A DNA stretch of 64,000 nucleotides, counting the filler, from Diploschistes diacapsis (Eukaryota): assembly GCA_023645945.1 (NCBI GenBank). It is 14 parts of 14 records of this genome, joined end to end, with 100 filler letters (N's around TTAATTAATTAA, not from the genome) between each part and the next. Parts side by side here need not be neighbours in the genome. Positions count along the whole stretch, not along the records: positions 1 to 25,659 come from JALAIB010000205.1; positions 25,760 to 28,657 come from JALAIB010002051.1; 12 more parts are not named here. One strand, 5' to 3'. The translations under genes were made by a program, and so were the position numbers. How positions within the stretch are numbered: the stretch's first letter is position 1; every line of letters starts with the position of its first letter. This document shows positions 14,061-26,148 of this stretch, one piece after another. Below the pieces are notes generated by a model. It had not been told where the DNA came from, ran no database searches, and saw nothing but the letters and a program-made list of their open reading frames with translations.

Positions 14061-15292
14061 CTACAATATTGGCCGGTCATTGGATTCAATGACCGGCTTG
14101 ACATGCTCCCAAGAAGCTTTCCAGCTGCCTGCGAATTGTTAGCGATGAGCCACTCTGCATTTGGAGAAGCAAGATGCGAGGGGGTCTCACCTTCAAAATC
14201 ATGTTTTACATAGGCCATCGGGTCATCAACTTCCTTGGCTCCCATTTGCTGCACGCCAGGGCTGAAGCTGGTGATGGGCAAAACAACAACATCACCCACT
14301 CGCTTCGAGGTTGACTGGCTCGCAAAAGCCTCCCAGGTGATGTTCTTTCCTCCCTTCTCCATCTTGAAGTAGTTCGGGTCGTTGAAGTATGCGAAAACAC
14401 AGTCGGTCCAACGAGCTGGTCCCGTGAACTCGACGATGCTGATGTCCATCTTTCCTTTCTCGAGTTTGCCGACTTTCTTCAAGCGCAAAGTCTCTTCTGT
14501 GATTTGCGCTACAATCTTGCGAAGGACAGGATGACCGACCTTGGCTTGTATCGTCCACTGGCAGAACTGAATCCTACGTGAGTACCAGTCATGCCAGTCA
14601 GGACGATCCGGATCTGCCTCGATGCCGACTATGAGACCAACGGATGAAGGTGGGACTGATTTAGGTAGCCAGTCGGTGGCGGTTTTCAAAGCTGTGGTGT
14701 CAATATCTGAATATATTCCACCACGGGCCAAGAGGATCAGGTAACGGAAAAAGTCAGCCTTGAGGACAGGCACTGGTAGAGCATTGTACGCATCAACAAC
14801 CTCTGGGACAGAAGCATAGAGATAGCGAATAAGTTTGGCAGAAGTAGCATCATTGATGACTTCATGAACAAACCCAGGGTGAAGCTCTGACCAGCTAGCC
14901 TCCATTGGACGTAGCTTCTCCTCAAAGCCAGCCTCGCCCGGCCCTGCTTTCCAGGTCTGCCATATGTAGGCAGGAAACTTGCCTTCTGGATCATATGGGT
15001 ATTGGTATTGCAAGCGCTCCAGAAGTGTTTTCCCCGAGTTTGTAAGAGTCACTTGTGAGCCCTTTGGGTCTGCCAGAGAGTTCTGCGAGGTAGATGATAG
15101 GCCAGTGGAGAATGCTTCCTTTGAACCAGGCTTGGTGATTTTTGGGCCATCCTTATTATAGCTCAGTCCGCTAGCATCCTCCAAAGACTCGTGAGCATAT
15201 TTCGACTTGTCTGTCGAATGCGATGTTTGAAACAGATATATGCAAGTCACGAGGAACAGAGCTATGAGGAGGGCTTTCCGGAAGGTGAGCAT
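14061..15292 (-). CDS. OCH1: Initiation-specific alpha-1,6-mannosyltransferase (GT32)
   Basis: N-terminal type II anchor; FPAYIWQTWK, LKADFFRYLILLARGGIYSDIDT (DxD), WYSRRIQFCQWTI; one intron near the 3' end giving HDFEGSWK. Confidence 0.9.
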
Positions 15293-16573
15293 GCTTAGTT
15301 GCTAATCACTAGACCTAAAGCTTGAAAAATGTTGTAGAAAGGTCGAGTAGACGTGGTGGGAAGCCAAGTCAAGTCTTTGAAGCCTCAAGGAAGTGACAAA
15401 TTGCGCCGTGGCGACTGCTTAACCAGAAGCAGACCAACACGCAATGCTTTCAAATTTGGCCCAGTCCTAGACAGAAAGAGCAGTCAGCTTCACTTCATGG
15501 CAGGCTTTACTATTTGTTGGCGTGGAAAAAAATTGTTGAGATTGACCTACAAGAAGTGAAAGCAAGGGGACGTCAAGGAGCAGAGACAAAAGTGCAAAAG
15601 GAAAGCCGCAAGGGCAAAAGAGACTCGAGACTACATACGAACAAAAGGGTTATGCCTCTCAAAAGATGAAGTAAATGAATGAATGAATGAATGACTGAGA
15701 AACTGTTAAGCCAAGACAAATTCAGGGCGACCCTTTTACAATAGAGGCTGAAAAGGACAAGTTGTATTACCACACATACATACTGTACTTTGCATAAACT
15801 TCAACTGCTATAACTACTACAAACTACTATGAAACGAGTTCGCAGTACAACCTCTCCGTTACTCGTTACTCGGCTGCTGCTGCTGCTACTACGCTGCCTC
15901 CTCCCACTTGGTTCTCGTTTGCCCGTACCCAGTGAGGCCCCTTTGGATCGACCCATGTTGATCGCCGAGATGAAGGTCAAGCTGACGACTGCCTTGCGTA
16001 AGACCAGGTTCGCACAGAACTCCACCCACCACACCTATTTGTAGAAAAGATGCATTCAAGGGGCAATTGAAGAAGGTATTGGAGGCAGCTCGGCAGGCAA
16101 ACTGGGATCTTCAACCAGAGAGACGCGTATCATTGCAGCCATTGGATGCAATCGCAATACAACCAGCCACCCACATGGCCCCCAGGAAGTAACCACCCTG
16201 CCAATTATCATGGATGACTTTGTTGTCGAAAGCCACAACGCGTAATCACGCGGGTTCGAGAGACATCACGGCTGTCTTTCACGAGTATAGTGTCTTGATC
16301 CGTCCTGGCCCTGGCTATGTCCACCAGCGTTATAGTGGTATTACAATAACTCGATCTGCTTTACTGCACGTGCGTCGCATGTTTGTGGTGGCTCTAGTAT
16401 GACCTCTGACATGCTCATTGTGTATTGCAAGCCAAGAGCTTTGTCTACTATGCTGCTGGACCTATCTATGCGGGAGAGCTCGTCCCGAAGTTGCAATCCT
16501 GGCGCCAATGCTCCCATGCTCAATCCTCATGCTAGGATTGGAACGTTCGCCAAGTCATGATATGAGCATCTCG

Positions 16574-18266
16574 TCAACCCAGGAATTGCTGTAGATTCCC
16601 TCCAATATGCTTCAAGTCTAGCAAGAAGGTATCATGTCCAAATAGGGAAACATCCTCACCTAGCTCCACGTGGGTCACGGACCTATTCCCAACGGCGCCA
16701 AGGACATCCGCAATTTCGCGCTGCTGCCACGGCGGGAACAATATGTCGCTCGCAACCCCCATGACGAGTGTAGGATGTTTCTTCAGGTGCTGTAGGCCCG
16801 CCACGAGATCTTGTGGCGGAGCAGAACCGGGCTGTATGGGCGTTTGTGTGGGATCTGAAGATACGTACGCTTCATTCTGTTCCTCGTAAGGCTCTTCTGG
16901 TAGGGTAAGGCTGCACCGCGCGTCCTGGTCCTCTCTTAATCTTCCTTGATCCATGTCCATTTGGTTTTGACGCCGCAGATTGATCATTTCTGCCTGGTGG
17001 TTCTTTCCAAGATCAAACAGATCCATAGCTTTCGAGACATACAGAAGACTATTGGCATCGTACCCAAGGCTGAACTTTTCGCCCGCGCGATCCAAGTATG
17101 TCTCAATCAGGAAGTCAGGGCACAAAGCAGGAGGCTTGCTAGGATCTGCTCTTCTCCGTGCAAATCGTTGTTCCCATTCTGGGCCGCTTCGATAGGTGAC
17201 GGTGGCGATTTCCCGGGCAAGCTTCATGCCAGCGTGTGGCGGAATGTTGTCGTAGTAGAACCCTCTCGCCCAATTTGGATCCATCATGAGAACCTGGCGT
17301 TGCGTATGTCGCATGGCGATGCTGTACGGATGACTCCGCGCACAACCACTGATGCTCGCAATCTTTCCAACTCGCTCCGGGAACAATACTCCCGCCGCGA
17401 GACTCTGCATACCTCCCATACTGGACCCGACGCTAGCATAAAGCTTCTGAATGCCAAGGTCATTGAGCAGCCTAAATTGAGCTCTCACCATGTCCTCCAT
17501 TGTTAGGATAGGAAACCTAGTAGCATATCGTTGTCCGTTAGCCGGATCGACGGAAGCTGGTCCAGTACTTCCATAACAACTCCCAATCACATTTGTGCAA
17601 ATGACAAAGTACTTGTTGGTGTCTAATGGTGCACCAGGCCCAATGAATTTCTCCCACCATCCAGCCTTTGGGTTCGAAGCTGTGCTATGCGCATGACTCG
17701 AGGCCGAAAGTCCAGTATGAAGTATTATAGCATTCGACTTGTGGCTGTTCAACTCGCCCCATGTCTCGTATGCAACGTCGAACTGTGTTAGAAGTCCTCC
17801 CCAATCAAGCAGCAACGGCTCGGATGAGTGGTAAGTCAGGTGTTGGCCACTTGTATATGAGGGCTCAGGACCAGAATCAAGGGATCGGGTATTCAAAAAT
17901 CGAGCAGTCTTCTCTTCTTGTGCGTCAAGGCAGGGAAACGAAAGAGCCGGATTGGTCGATTGTGTCGGGGGCGTGGCCCGGTTGAAACTCTGCGTCGCTT
18001 GGGCTAAAGCTGCCTGCTCTCGCAAACTCGAGCTGTTGTAAAGCCTTCTTCGAGGCTGTCGATGCCATGTGCGCTTCCATGTCCTACTGGCCCTGAGAGT
18101 GGACTCTGCCGGCGAGCGAAAAGCTCGTAGGAGCGTACCACCTACGCAAGAGGCTGCAAGGAGAACATTCGCCGAATGCATTGTCACAAACGCATTTAAC
18201 CCTCGTCGCCTGCTCACTCAGTCTCTGAGGGCAGAGCGTGAGCAAGTTGAAGCGCCAATCTGCCAT
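16574..18266 (-). CDS. cys2: Serine O-acetyl/succinyltransferase (homoserine O-acetyltransferase family), probably mitochondrial
   Basis: [10 protein letters not shown], nucleophile [27 protein letters not shown]. Start either ATG 18266 with a GTGAGC...CAG intron, or in-frame ATG 18181. Confidence 0.8.
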
Positions 18267-18435
18267 TTTGACGAGTTCTCACTAATGTAAGATGTACAGA
18301 GAGAAGGGTTCTGAGCACGCCATCCATCGTTGCCGGGCCTTTATAATTCCGATCTTGTTTGTCATCAGCCTTATGCATTCCATCTTACTTCGAGTCTCTT
18401 ACTCTTACTTGCTCATATATAGCTAGAGTGTTGTA

Positions 18436-18645
18436 ACGTGTTTCACCATATAACGGGTTACACCACAAAGCGGGTTACAATCCCTGCACCTTCGTAAAAT
18501 GTATTTCTTAACATTTTCATCTTTCGTACAAATAATTTTATGTGTGATTGTGGGGCTCAAAAGCTCGCTTAAAACTATCTAGCGCAATTACATTATAATA
18601 TAGTGAGCCGCTTTGTGGGGTGGGCCGTTAAGTGGTGGAACACGT
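18436..18645. mobile_element. MITE, Tc1/mariner (Fot1/pogo) type
   Basis: About 43-bp imperfect TIRs (ACGTGTTTCACCA...CACCACAAAGCGG / CCGCTTTGTGGGG...TGGTGGAACACGT), TA on both sides, no ORF. Confidence 0.85.
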
Positions 18646-18838
18646 TATTTTCTCAACTTTTTATAACCGTAGCTTTTTATTACGACCGTAATTTTTTTAT
18701 CCGTAATCCTTTTTTTTGCGCGCAACTTTGGATCGAAATTCTCGTCCGTTAAACGTTATCGATAATTGAAACGGGGATTGACTAACCGTCTTAGGATTAA
18801 GCTAGGTTGCTAAGCCTGGAATGAAGAATTTTTTAGGG

Positions 18839-18887
18839 TGGTGGCAACAGTGGGAGTCGAACCCACGACCTTTGAAAGGTTTGCCAG
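18839..18887 (-). pseudogene. 3' half of tRNA-Leu with encoded CCA
   Basis: Minus strand GCTGG-CAA-ACCTTTCAAAGGT (variable-arm hairpin)-C-GTGGG-TTCGACT-CCCAC-TGTTGCC-A-CCA; no 5' half found nearby. Confidence 0.65.
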
Positions 18888-19349
18888 CAGTGGTCTTCAT
18901 CATTCGATTAAAATAATCGGTTAATCGATTAACTGTTAACCCAAACATGGACCACGGGTCAACTGCTAGTGGCGGAGTTCCAGATGGCTCTTGGCAACTC
19001 TAGGCAGAATGAACCTTGATACAATGTTCCAGTTCTCCACAAGTCCAGTTGTTCGTACACAAGCACTGTTGAAGCGTCACCCAACGGCTTGAATAGGAAA
19101 TGAAGCTAACAGGACAGTACGTGTACTATCATAGTCAATGAATTATTATGTGACCTTGTTGAATGTGCTCGTAATGCGGTCAATGCTTGTTTGAAATCCT
19201 CCCAGATTATTCAATACTATGGTTTACAGCCATCCTCGGCAATGCATCAATTGGAGTAATCTTTGACCATTGAGTACTCATAGATCCAGCCATATCTCAG
19301 AAGAGACCCTTAGGTCTAAGCCAGTGCGATCCCCTCCATAATAGTCAAA

Positions 19350-22300
19350 TTACCGCTTGCGCTTTCTCACCTTATCCTCATCAACCAGCCCACTCTCCTG
19401 GTCCTTCTTTTTGGCCTTCTTCTCCAACTCGTCCCAGTCCTCTCCGCTCTCGTCATCGTCCACGCTCGCGTCCTCGCTGGCATCCGCGCTGGCGTCATCA
19501 TCGAAGTCGCTTTCCCCTTCCGAGCTCTCGCTTGCCTCCTCCAGCTCGCTTTCGTCCATCTCGAAGGCCGACTCCTCACTCTCCACTTCCTCCTCTTCAT
19601 CATCAGATTCAGTCGCAAGGAACGACCAACCTCCGTCGACGAAGAACTGATGAGGATCTGCCGTCACCGTCTTCATAATCGAACCCCAGTTAAGGTTGAG
19701 GGGACCCTCTGTGTAGGGGATGTCGATCGAGTCAAGCCAATCCTTGACACCGTCAAGAGACTCAACGGGGATCGTGTTGATGTGAGCAGGAGGACGATGG
19801 AAGTCTTTGAAAACGAGAACCAGGTCAAAATTCTTGAGTCCGAACTGGATGCGTTCGAGGTGGGCAATCTCGAGTTCCTCAAGCGTAATCACCGTGAAGG
19901 GCGGTTCGACCAATTGGACCAGGCACTCTGTTGTTGGCTGCATGTATACGTTCGACCGGAATGGTACACCGTTGAATCCCAGGTCGCGCATTGGAATATC
20001 CACAGAGAATGAGTCTGGTGGCGCAGCGTTCTGAATCTTTTCCGCGAAGCTTCTGAACTCCTTGTCTAGTGCAGCTCTGCGTCTTCTCTCTTCCTGCTCC
20101 ATTTCGTATTCTTCGTCGTCGTGTAGACGATGCTTTCGCTTCCTGTTGCCTGTTTCGTCAAACTGCATGTCCGTAGCTTCCCTGTAGAACTGGATGTCCT
20201 TCGTCTTCTTCTTGCCAACCATGATTGGGTTCCTTAGGTGGACGTGGATGATGACAATCAACTCGTGTGTACAGGGCTGGAAGAATAAGTGTTTGACGTT
20301 GCCGAACAATACGTCAATCACGTTGTTCCGATGGTCGCGGTAGCGCATACCATTCTGATGAATCTCGACTTCACCAGGGACGCGCTTACCATCCAGAGCA
20401 GGGCGGACAAAGATAGTTTCTAGCTTGCTGGGCTTGCGATCTGGAATAAATTAGCAATTGTTTTTTTTGGATTGAAAGCGTAATACGAACTTCGAATCTC
20501 GCTAAGCTTCTCCTGTTCCACGACATCCTCCATCTCCTTCTTTTCCTGTTCTCGCTTCACCAGTGACTTTCTCAACTCCGTAATCTTGTCGACTATCTGG
20601 TCGATACGGTCTTTGCTATTCTTGGAACGGTACGTCAGACTCCGAACAAAGTGGGCTTGCGGATCTTCGAATGGCTGATCGTCTTTCCTGCCCACACCCT
20701 GTCCTGGTGACAGGAAGTTGATGCGGAGAGTTGTGATGTTATCTTCCTCTTGCATCGCACTGACGTTCTTCAGGGTATGGATGTGGAACGGTACCGGGCG
20801 ACCCATTATCGGCAAGACAACTGTATTCGCCTTCTCGTCAACTACAATCACCAGGTCTTTCACCTTGGACGGAAACTGGTTATCGCGCTTGTACGACTCG
20901 AAGCGTTTGAACTTCTTCTCTGAGACGCCGTTCTGGCCACCAGTGGACACTTGGTACTTCTCGAGACCTTGCTGCTGCCGTTTGTTTGCGAGTTCTTTTT
21001 GATGCGCGCGGCGTCTCTGCTCGACTCCTTCGTTCACTTGTGTTGTCCGTTCCGCCCGCAACCTGCTCTTGGTGATGTTGCTTGCTGCGACCGCACCAAT
21101 TTTTGAGTCCTTCTTTTTGCTCGCTTTGGGCGAGACCTCCGCTTCTTCATCGTCCTGCTGAAAGAAGAATGAGGTGCTATCTAACTCTGTCGGAGCACTG
21201 CTTGTGAAGTTGACCGTCTTGTCATCAGTTCTGATGCGGATAGTGTCGGACAACAGTAAGGAATACGTCTTATTATTCTTATCACGCGACTCGGGATTTG
21301 GAACATCGCTAAAACCAGTAGTAATGCAAAGGGTCATTCCATCCTTGAGGACTCTTGTGTTCTTGCCATTCAGTGTCAGAGTACTATCGCGCGTTTCGAT
21401 TCCGATCCCGCCACCGACGTTCCTGAGGAAGTATTTCTCCAGGTCCGGCTTCTTCGAGCGAATGATGCCTAGAGCCTTGTTGTAAAGGTCTTTGGCCGTG
21501 ACGCCTTCCTTTGCTTCTCTGATGATGGTTTCGTGAACCGCAAGCAGAAGCTTGTAGTTGCTCTCCTGCGCTTTGGTGGGATCAACGAGATACGTGCGCG
21601 CCAGTATCGAGCAGTAGGTCCTGTACCGTAATCCTAGACCTGCTATGATAGTACCCGCACTCATATTGTTGTTGTCGGACTGCGCAGTGAGCTTAAGGTC
21701 GAACTTGCCTCCACTTTGGATCACTGGGCCGTAAGCCCAATCAAGGTTCTCGGCGCTGAAATCATTGGGTAATTTTGCCTTGTTGTTGGGAAAGAATTTG
21801 CCATCATCGATTTTCTTATCGATCAGGTCGGACAGTTTGTTGTGTGGTACCTTCTTTTCCTTATCAAGAATCTCCGACATCTCCTCTACGAAGAACTCTG
21901 TCATCAGCAACGTGCACGCTCGCGAGGCGTTTCGAATGCAGCGCTGACTGGATCAGTAAGATGTTATATAATCAAAAGGCATGCTTACAAGCTCATACTC
22001 GTCCTTCGCGGATAGCGCTGCCGCAGACAAGGCGTTGGAAATGTCGAACTCTTCAATATCTTTCGAAGCGTCTCCGAACGTTTTTGACCACTCATCGGCA
22101 AATGGTCCACTAGCCAGGCTCTTCGAAAGCACGCCAACTTTTTTCTATAAGGGCATCAGCGCACGAGAACAGCAAGAAATAGGATGCCACGAACTCCTGC
22201 CGATTTTATAACCTCCAGACACTGTTCTAGCTGTTTCGAGTTCTGCTCCGCGTCTTTTCCTCTAACTAGGATTTCAAGAGGCAGCTTCCCACCCTTTAAT

Positions 22301-22696
22301 GGTTCGAGATGTTTAGCTGTAGAATCGATAAGTAAGGAGATCCTAGAGCTGGGGGCGGCCACAAACCTTTTTTCGGTGTAGTTACGATCCAAAGAGTCTC
22401 CGTCGTGAGAATCATCAAAGTTGTAGGGAACTCGTATCCAAGCAGCCAAAACTGAACAACAGTCAAATTGATGATCCTGTCGCTCAAGGATCTAATGTCT
22501 TTTCGACACTCACATGAAGTGCATTACTTTTCTGGTATGGAGCATCATCTGCCTTCCCAAGCATTATCACCAGGGATCCGACACCACCAAACATGGCATC
22601 TCCCGATCGCTTGTCTGCCCTCCATGCCGAGACAAGCTGACCGAGTCTGTCATGAAAGAGGTTCTTGTCAATCTCTACCTTATTTTCGTCCCCCAT
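19350..22696 (-). CDS. SPT16: FACT complex subunit Spt16
   Basis: [51 protein letters not shown] and acidic tail; five introns. Confidence 0.95.
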
Positions 22697-23157
22697 CGTG
22701 ATGGCCTTGCTTTACGTGCAAATCGTGGGTAAACAGTTTGGTGACACAGTTGGAGGTGTAAAAGCCAAAGAGTGTATCGGGGCTAGGCGGGAAGTGAGGG
22801 AAAATAGATTTAAGAAATGGCAGATATCCTCGGATAGCGATTGAACATATTGTCGCCGAGATATGTTCACTGCCTGCTGCTAGGTTTTTAGGAAAGACGA
22901 TGTCGCGCCTTAAGCGTGTCATGGCATGCTAGCACATTTTCGTCATAAATTACTATAGAGGTACTCCGGCTTGGCCGCTTTCAGCCAGCCCTATACCATT
23001 AGAGCACTCGCTTTTTTCCCCTATGCACACGTGAAGTTGTCACGCCTCACCTTGTCAGTAGTGTGCTACTACATTGATATAATCCTCGCAAGCACTCGCT
23101 GAGTGCAATATTGTTTATTATGGCCAGATGCATCACCATTGTCGATAAGGGATCAGC

Positions 23158-24677
23158 ATGGGCGTCACTGGGACAGGCAGCTTCACTCGGATAGAGGCCA
23201 GGAGCCTTCCAGAGAGGGACCATGCACATTCCAACGCCTCAGATGGCCGCAAGAAGACAAAGAAAGAAGACGCGGCGACAGGGGTATCAGCGGCTAGTGC
23301 AAGAGCTGTGGCAGCTCGGGCAGCGGCCTTTTACTTGTTTGTCTTAGATTTCCTTCCCAATTAGCTATAGATACGAAAAGCGATGGCGGTACTGATATTG
23401 CGTAGCCGAGCACCTGCAAAGGCCTTCTTTAGAAACCGTGTCGAGCATGTACACTCGAAGTTCTCCAAGCCTGTTGCTAACACCTGCTAGCTATCTTGCC
23501 TTTGCCCGAGCCATCAACCCTCGCCTTCAAGCCAACGAAGCCTGGTCCTGGCGAATAACTACTCCTGGAATCTTGGGCCATGCAGTCCAGACATATGGCT
23601 GGAGCTTCATACCCAAGCAAGTCCTGCCACCACTCTTCGCCAACGTAATGTATGCAGCCGCTCTTTAGCCGCCCATTTCCCACTCCCAGCAATCCTTGAT
23701 CGCCCCTTTTCATTCCCATTTTCTTTTTGACTTGTCTACTTACAAACCTCTCCAGCGTCGGATCTCTCCTCTACACAACCTATCTGACCACCCTCTCCGC
23801 GCTTCACCCTCCTCTCGCTTCTTCTCCCAAACGTCCCTCTCCCCCACCACCCTTCACCTCTACCTTTACCGCTGGGCTACTGGCAGGAACCCTCCAATCC
23901 CTCCTTGCCTCCCCCCTTGACGCGTTACACGTCCGCTTCAAAAGCGGTGACATGCTCTCCGGGCGCTACTCCTCAACATGGCACTATGCATTTCACAAGA
24001 CCCGCGAGATCGGCGTCCGCGGCGTCTTTGCTGGGTGGAGTTTGAGGCTGTTAAAGGATAGTCTCGGGTGTGCGGTGTTCTTCGGCAGTTTCGAATGGGT
24101 CAAGGCGCAGGGGTTCTATTCTTTCGTGGGATGGTGGTATGCTGGTGCTCGCAAAACCCAGCGTGCAACCCGGCCGGTGCAGGACGAGCGGAATCAGAGC
24201 TACGACAAGGTGGAGAAGGAGGTAGAGGTGCTTAGGCCGCACTTCGCCCTTGAACCAACTTTTCTCCTCCTCGCAGGCATGAGCGCGTCTTTCGCGCAGG
24301 CGCTCGTGCAGTATCCGCTTGCGTTGGTGCAGGATAGGCATTACAAGCGGCTGGAGTCGCTCGACGCCATACGTTCCCGGAACGCTCGCTCCATCTCCAA
24401 GGCAAGTCCATCTGTGCCCAAGCCGCGGCCGCTCAAGGCAACGTTCCGCGACTACGCCCTGGCCTACCACAGGACCCTCCGCCGATGCTCTGCGCAGGCG
24501 AAGAAGGCGGGCGGGTGGCTGAGGTGGGGATACGGGGGGTTCTGGTGGAACACGCTGAGGGCCATGCCGAGCACAAGCACGGGCCTTATCATCTTTGAGG
24601 TTGTCAGGAGGCGGTATGCGATTGGTGACGAGGAAGTGAGGATCAAGATCGATGGGCGGGACGTGTTGTTGGTGTAA
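23158..24677 (+). CDS. Mitochondrial carrier family protein
   Basis: PLDALHVRF and YPLALVQ carrier-like signatures, GVFAGW, LRAMPSTSTGLIIFE; three introns including GC-AG at 23445-23490. Confidence 0.8.
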
Positions 24678-24990
24678 GACGGTGTGGGTTGAGCTCTGCT
24701 TCGTCAGCGTGTATTATGCACCGTGAGTGTATCTTGATGTACGCAAAGGCACAGAAAGGCGTTGATATCCGATCGGCGTTCTGATGGCTCTACAACAAAG
24801 CACTTGACTTGGAGGAGATTGGTATATCGATACAATGCAGCTCGCTCCATTCTCTACTTCCTATTCCTCTATCTCGCTTCCTATTTTTATGGGGTCGTGT
24901 CCTTCCCGCGCTGCAGTCTATTCATCACTGGCCTCGTCTCCACGTCACCCCTTCCACTCACCCCTTCCCTCTCCTCCTCCTCCTCCCTCT

Positions 24991-25448
24991 TCATACAGCC
25001 ACCACCTCCTCCTTCTTAAACACCCTCCTCTCATACCAACGGAACCGGCTACACATCTCGCCCTCCTCGTTCCGATACCCGGCGGCAAAGCGCCAGACGA
25101 TCTTCTTCTCGCGCTCCGGCGTGGCCGGGGGGGTGGGCAGGCCCGCGCCCATTGCCGCGAGGAGGAGCCGGTCGGCGGCGCGGGCGTTCTCGAGCATCTC
25201 GAGCTCTCCGAAGGAGGAGCCGGCGCCGGCGGCGGGAGAGACGCGGGCGGTTCCCCTCTTCTTCTTCTTCTTCTTCTTCTTGTTGGCGCGCGCGCCATCC
25301 CGTTCCTTTGGCTCCCGGGCCGCTTTCTCCCCCGGTCGCGCGGCGCGCTTTCTTTTGGCCCCGGCCGCCGCCGCGCTGTCCCGCTCGTTCTCCATCGCTT
25401 TGCATGTGCGCCGCAGCGTGCGGCCGCGCCGGCTCTTCTTGACGGCGG

Positions 25449-25497
<49 letters not shown>

Positions 25498-25659
25498 GCT
25501 GGCGCTGACGCTGACGCTCCTGCTGTAGCCGTCGCCGTTGCGGCTGGCTTCGCCGGCGGACGCTGGTGCGGGAGCGGCCAAGAGAAGCTTGCCGGCGCTG
25601 GGGCTGGGGCTGGGGCCAAGGGAGGCGAAGTGAGTATCCGGAATGGGCCCGGGGGGCGG
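24991..25659 (-). CDS. Hypothetical low-complexity protein, 5'-truncated at contig end
   Basis: GC-rich open frame with poly-Ser and poly-Lys and a plausible C-terminus LPTPPATPEREKKIVWRF...; reading frame uncertain. Confidence 0.35.
25451..25492. repeat. (CTG)14 microsatellite
   Basis: Read directly. Confidence 0.95.
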
Positions 25660-25759
25660 NNNNNNNNNNNNNNNNNNNNNNNNNNNNNNNNNNNNNNNNN
25701 NNNTTAATTAATTAANNNNNNNNNNNNNNNNNNNNNNNNNNNNNNNNNNNNNNNNNNNN
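25660..25759. other. Artificial contig linker N44-TTAATTAATTAA-N44 (first of 13; the others start at 28658, 31655, 34652, 37645, 40634, 43622, 46610, 49593, 52562, 55531, 58499, 61466)
   Basis: Identical 100-nt spacer with stops in all six frames; complete contig lengths fall monotonically from 2898 to 2867 nt. Confidence 0.98.
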
Positions 25760-26148
25760 GGGACTGGGGTGAGGGCGGTTTTGGCGGTGGGGAGGTGTTT
25801 GGTTGAGACGGATGAGGGGAGGTTGGATCTGGAGGGCCAGAAGAAGTTGGTCGGGAGGGTATTGAGGGAGCTTGGGAGGGTTTGAGGATTGTGGTCCGCA
25901 TGGCAAGGTGTGGGAGGCTAGCTTTGAGGATGCGTGGGAATCTACAGCGTGGTCTACAGAGCAGTTCTGGGCCCAGGAATCACATACGTACATGCGAAAT
26001 GAGTACGGCGACATTGATCAGCCTCGAGTTCGACGAAACTCGATCAGATGACCAAAGTGTGAGTTGATGGTTTTTTCTTTCATTTGTTATTGACATGGCT
26101 TGCAAAGCATGGTTATGAGAATCAGCCACCATCTCGACTATTCCCGGT

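Noticed and set aside
1491..24677. Functional gene cluster
   Set aside because: Unrelated housekeeping genes with no shared pathway or secondary-metabolite backbone.
24809..25707. Long ORFs in several frames and on both strands
   Set aside because: Expected in very GC-rich low-complexity DNA with CTG/CTT repeats; no evidence of real overlapping genes.
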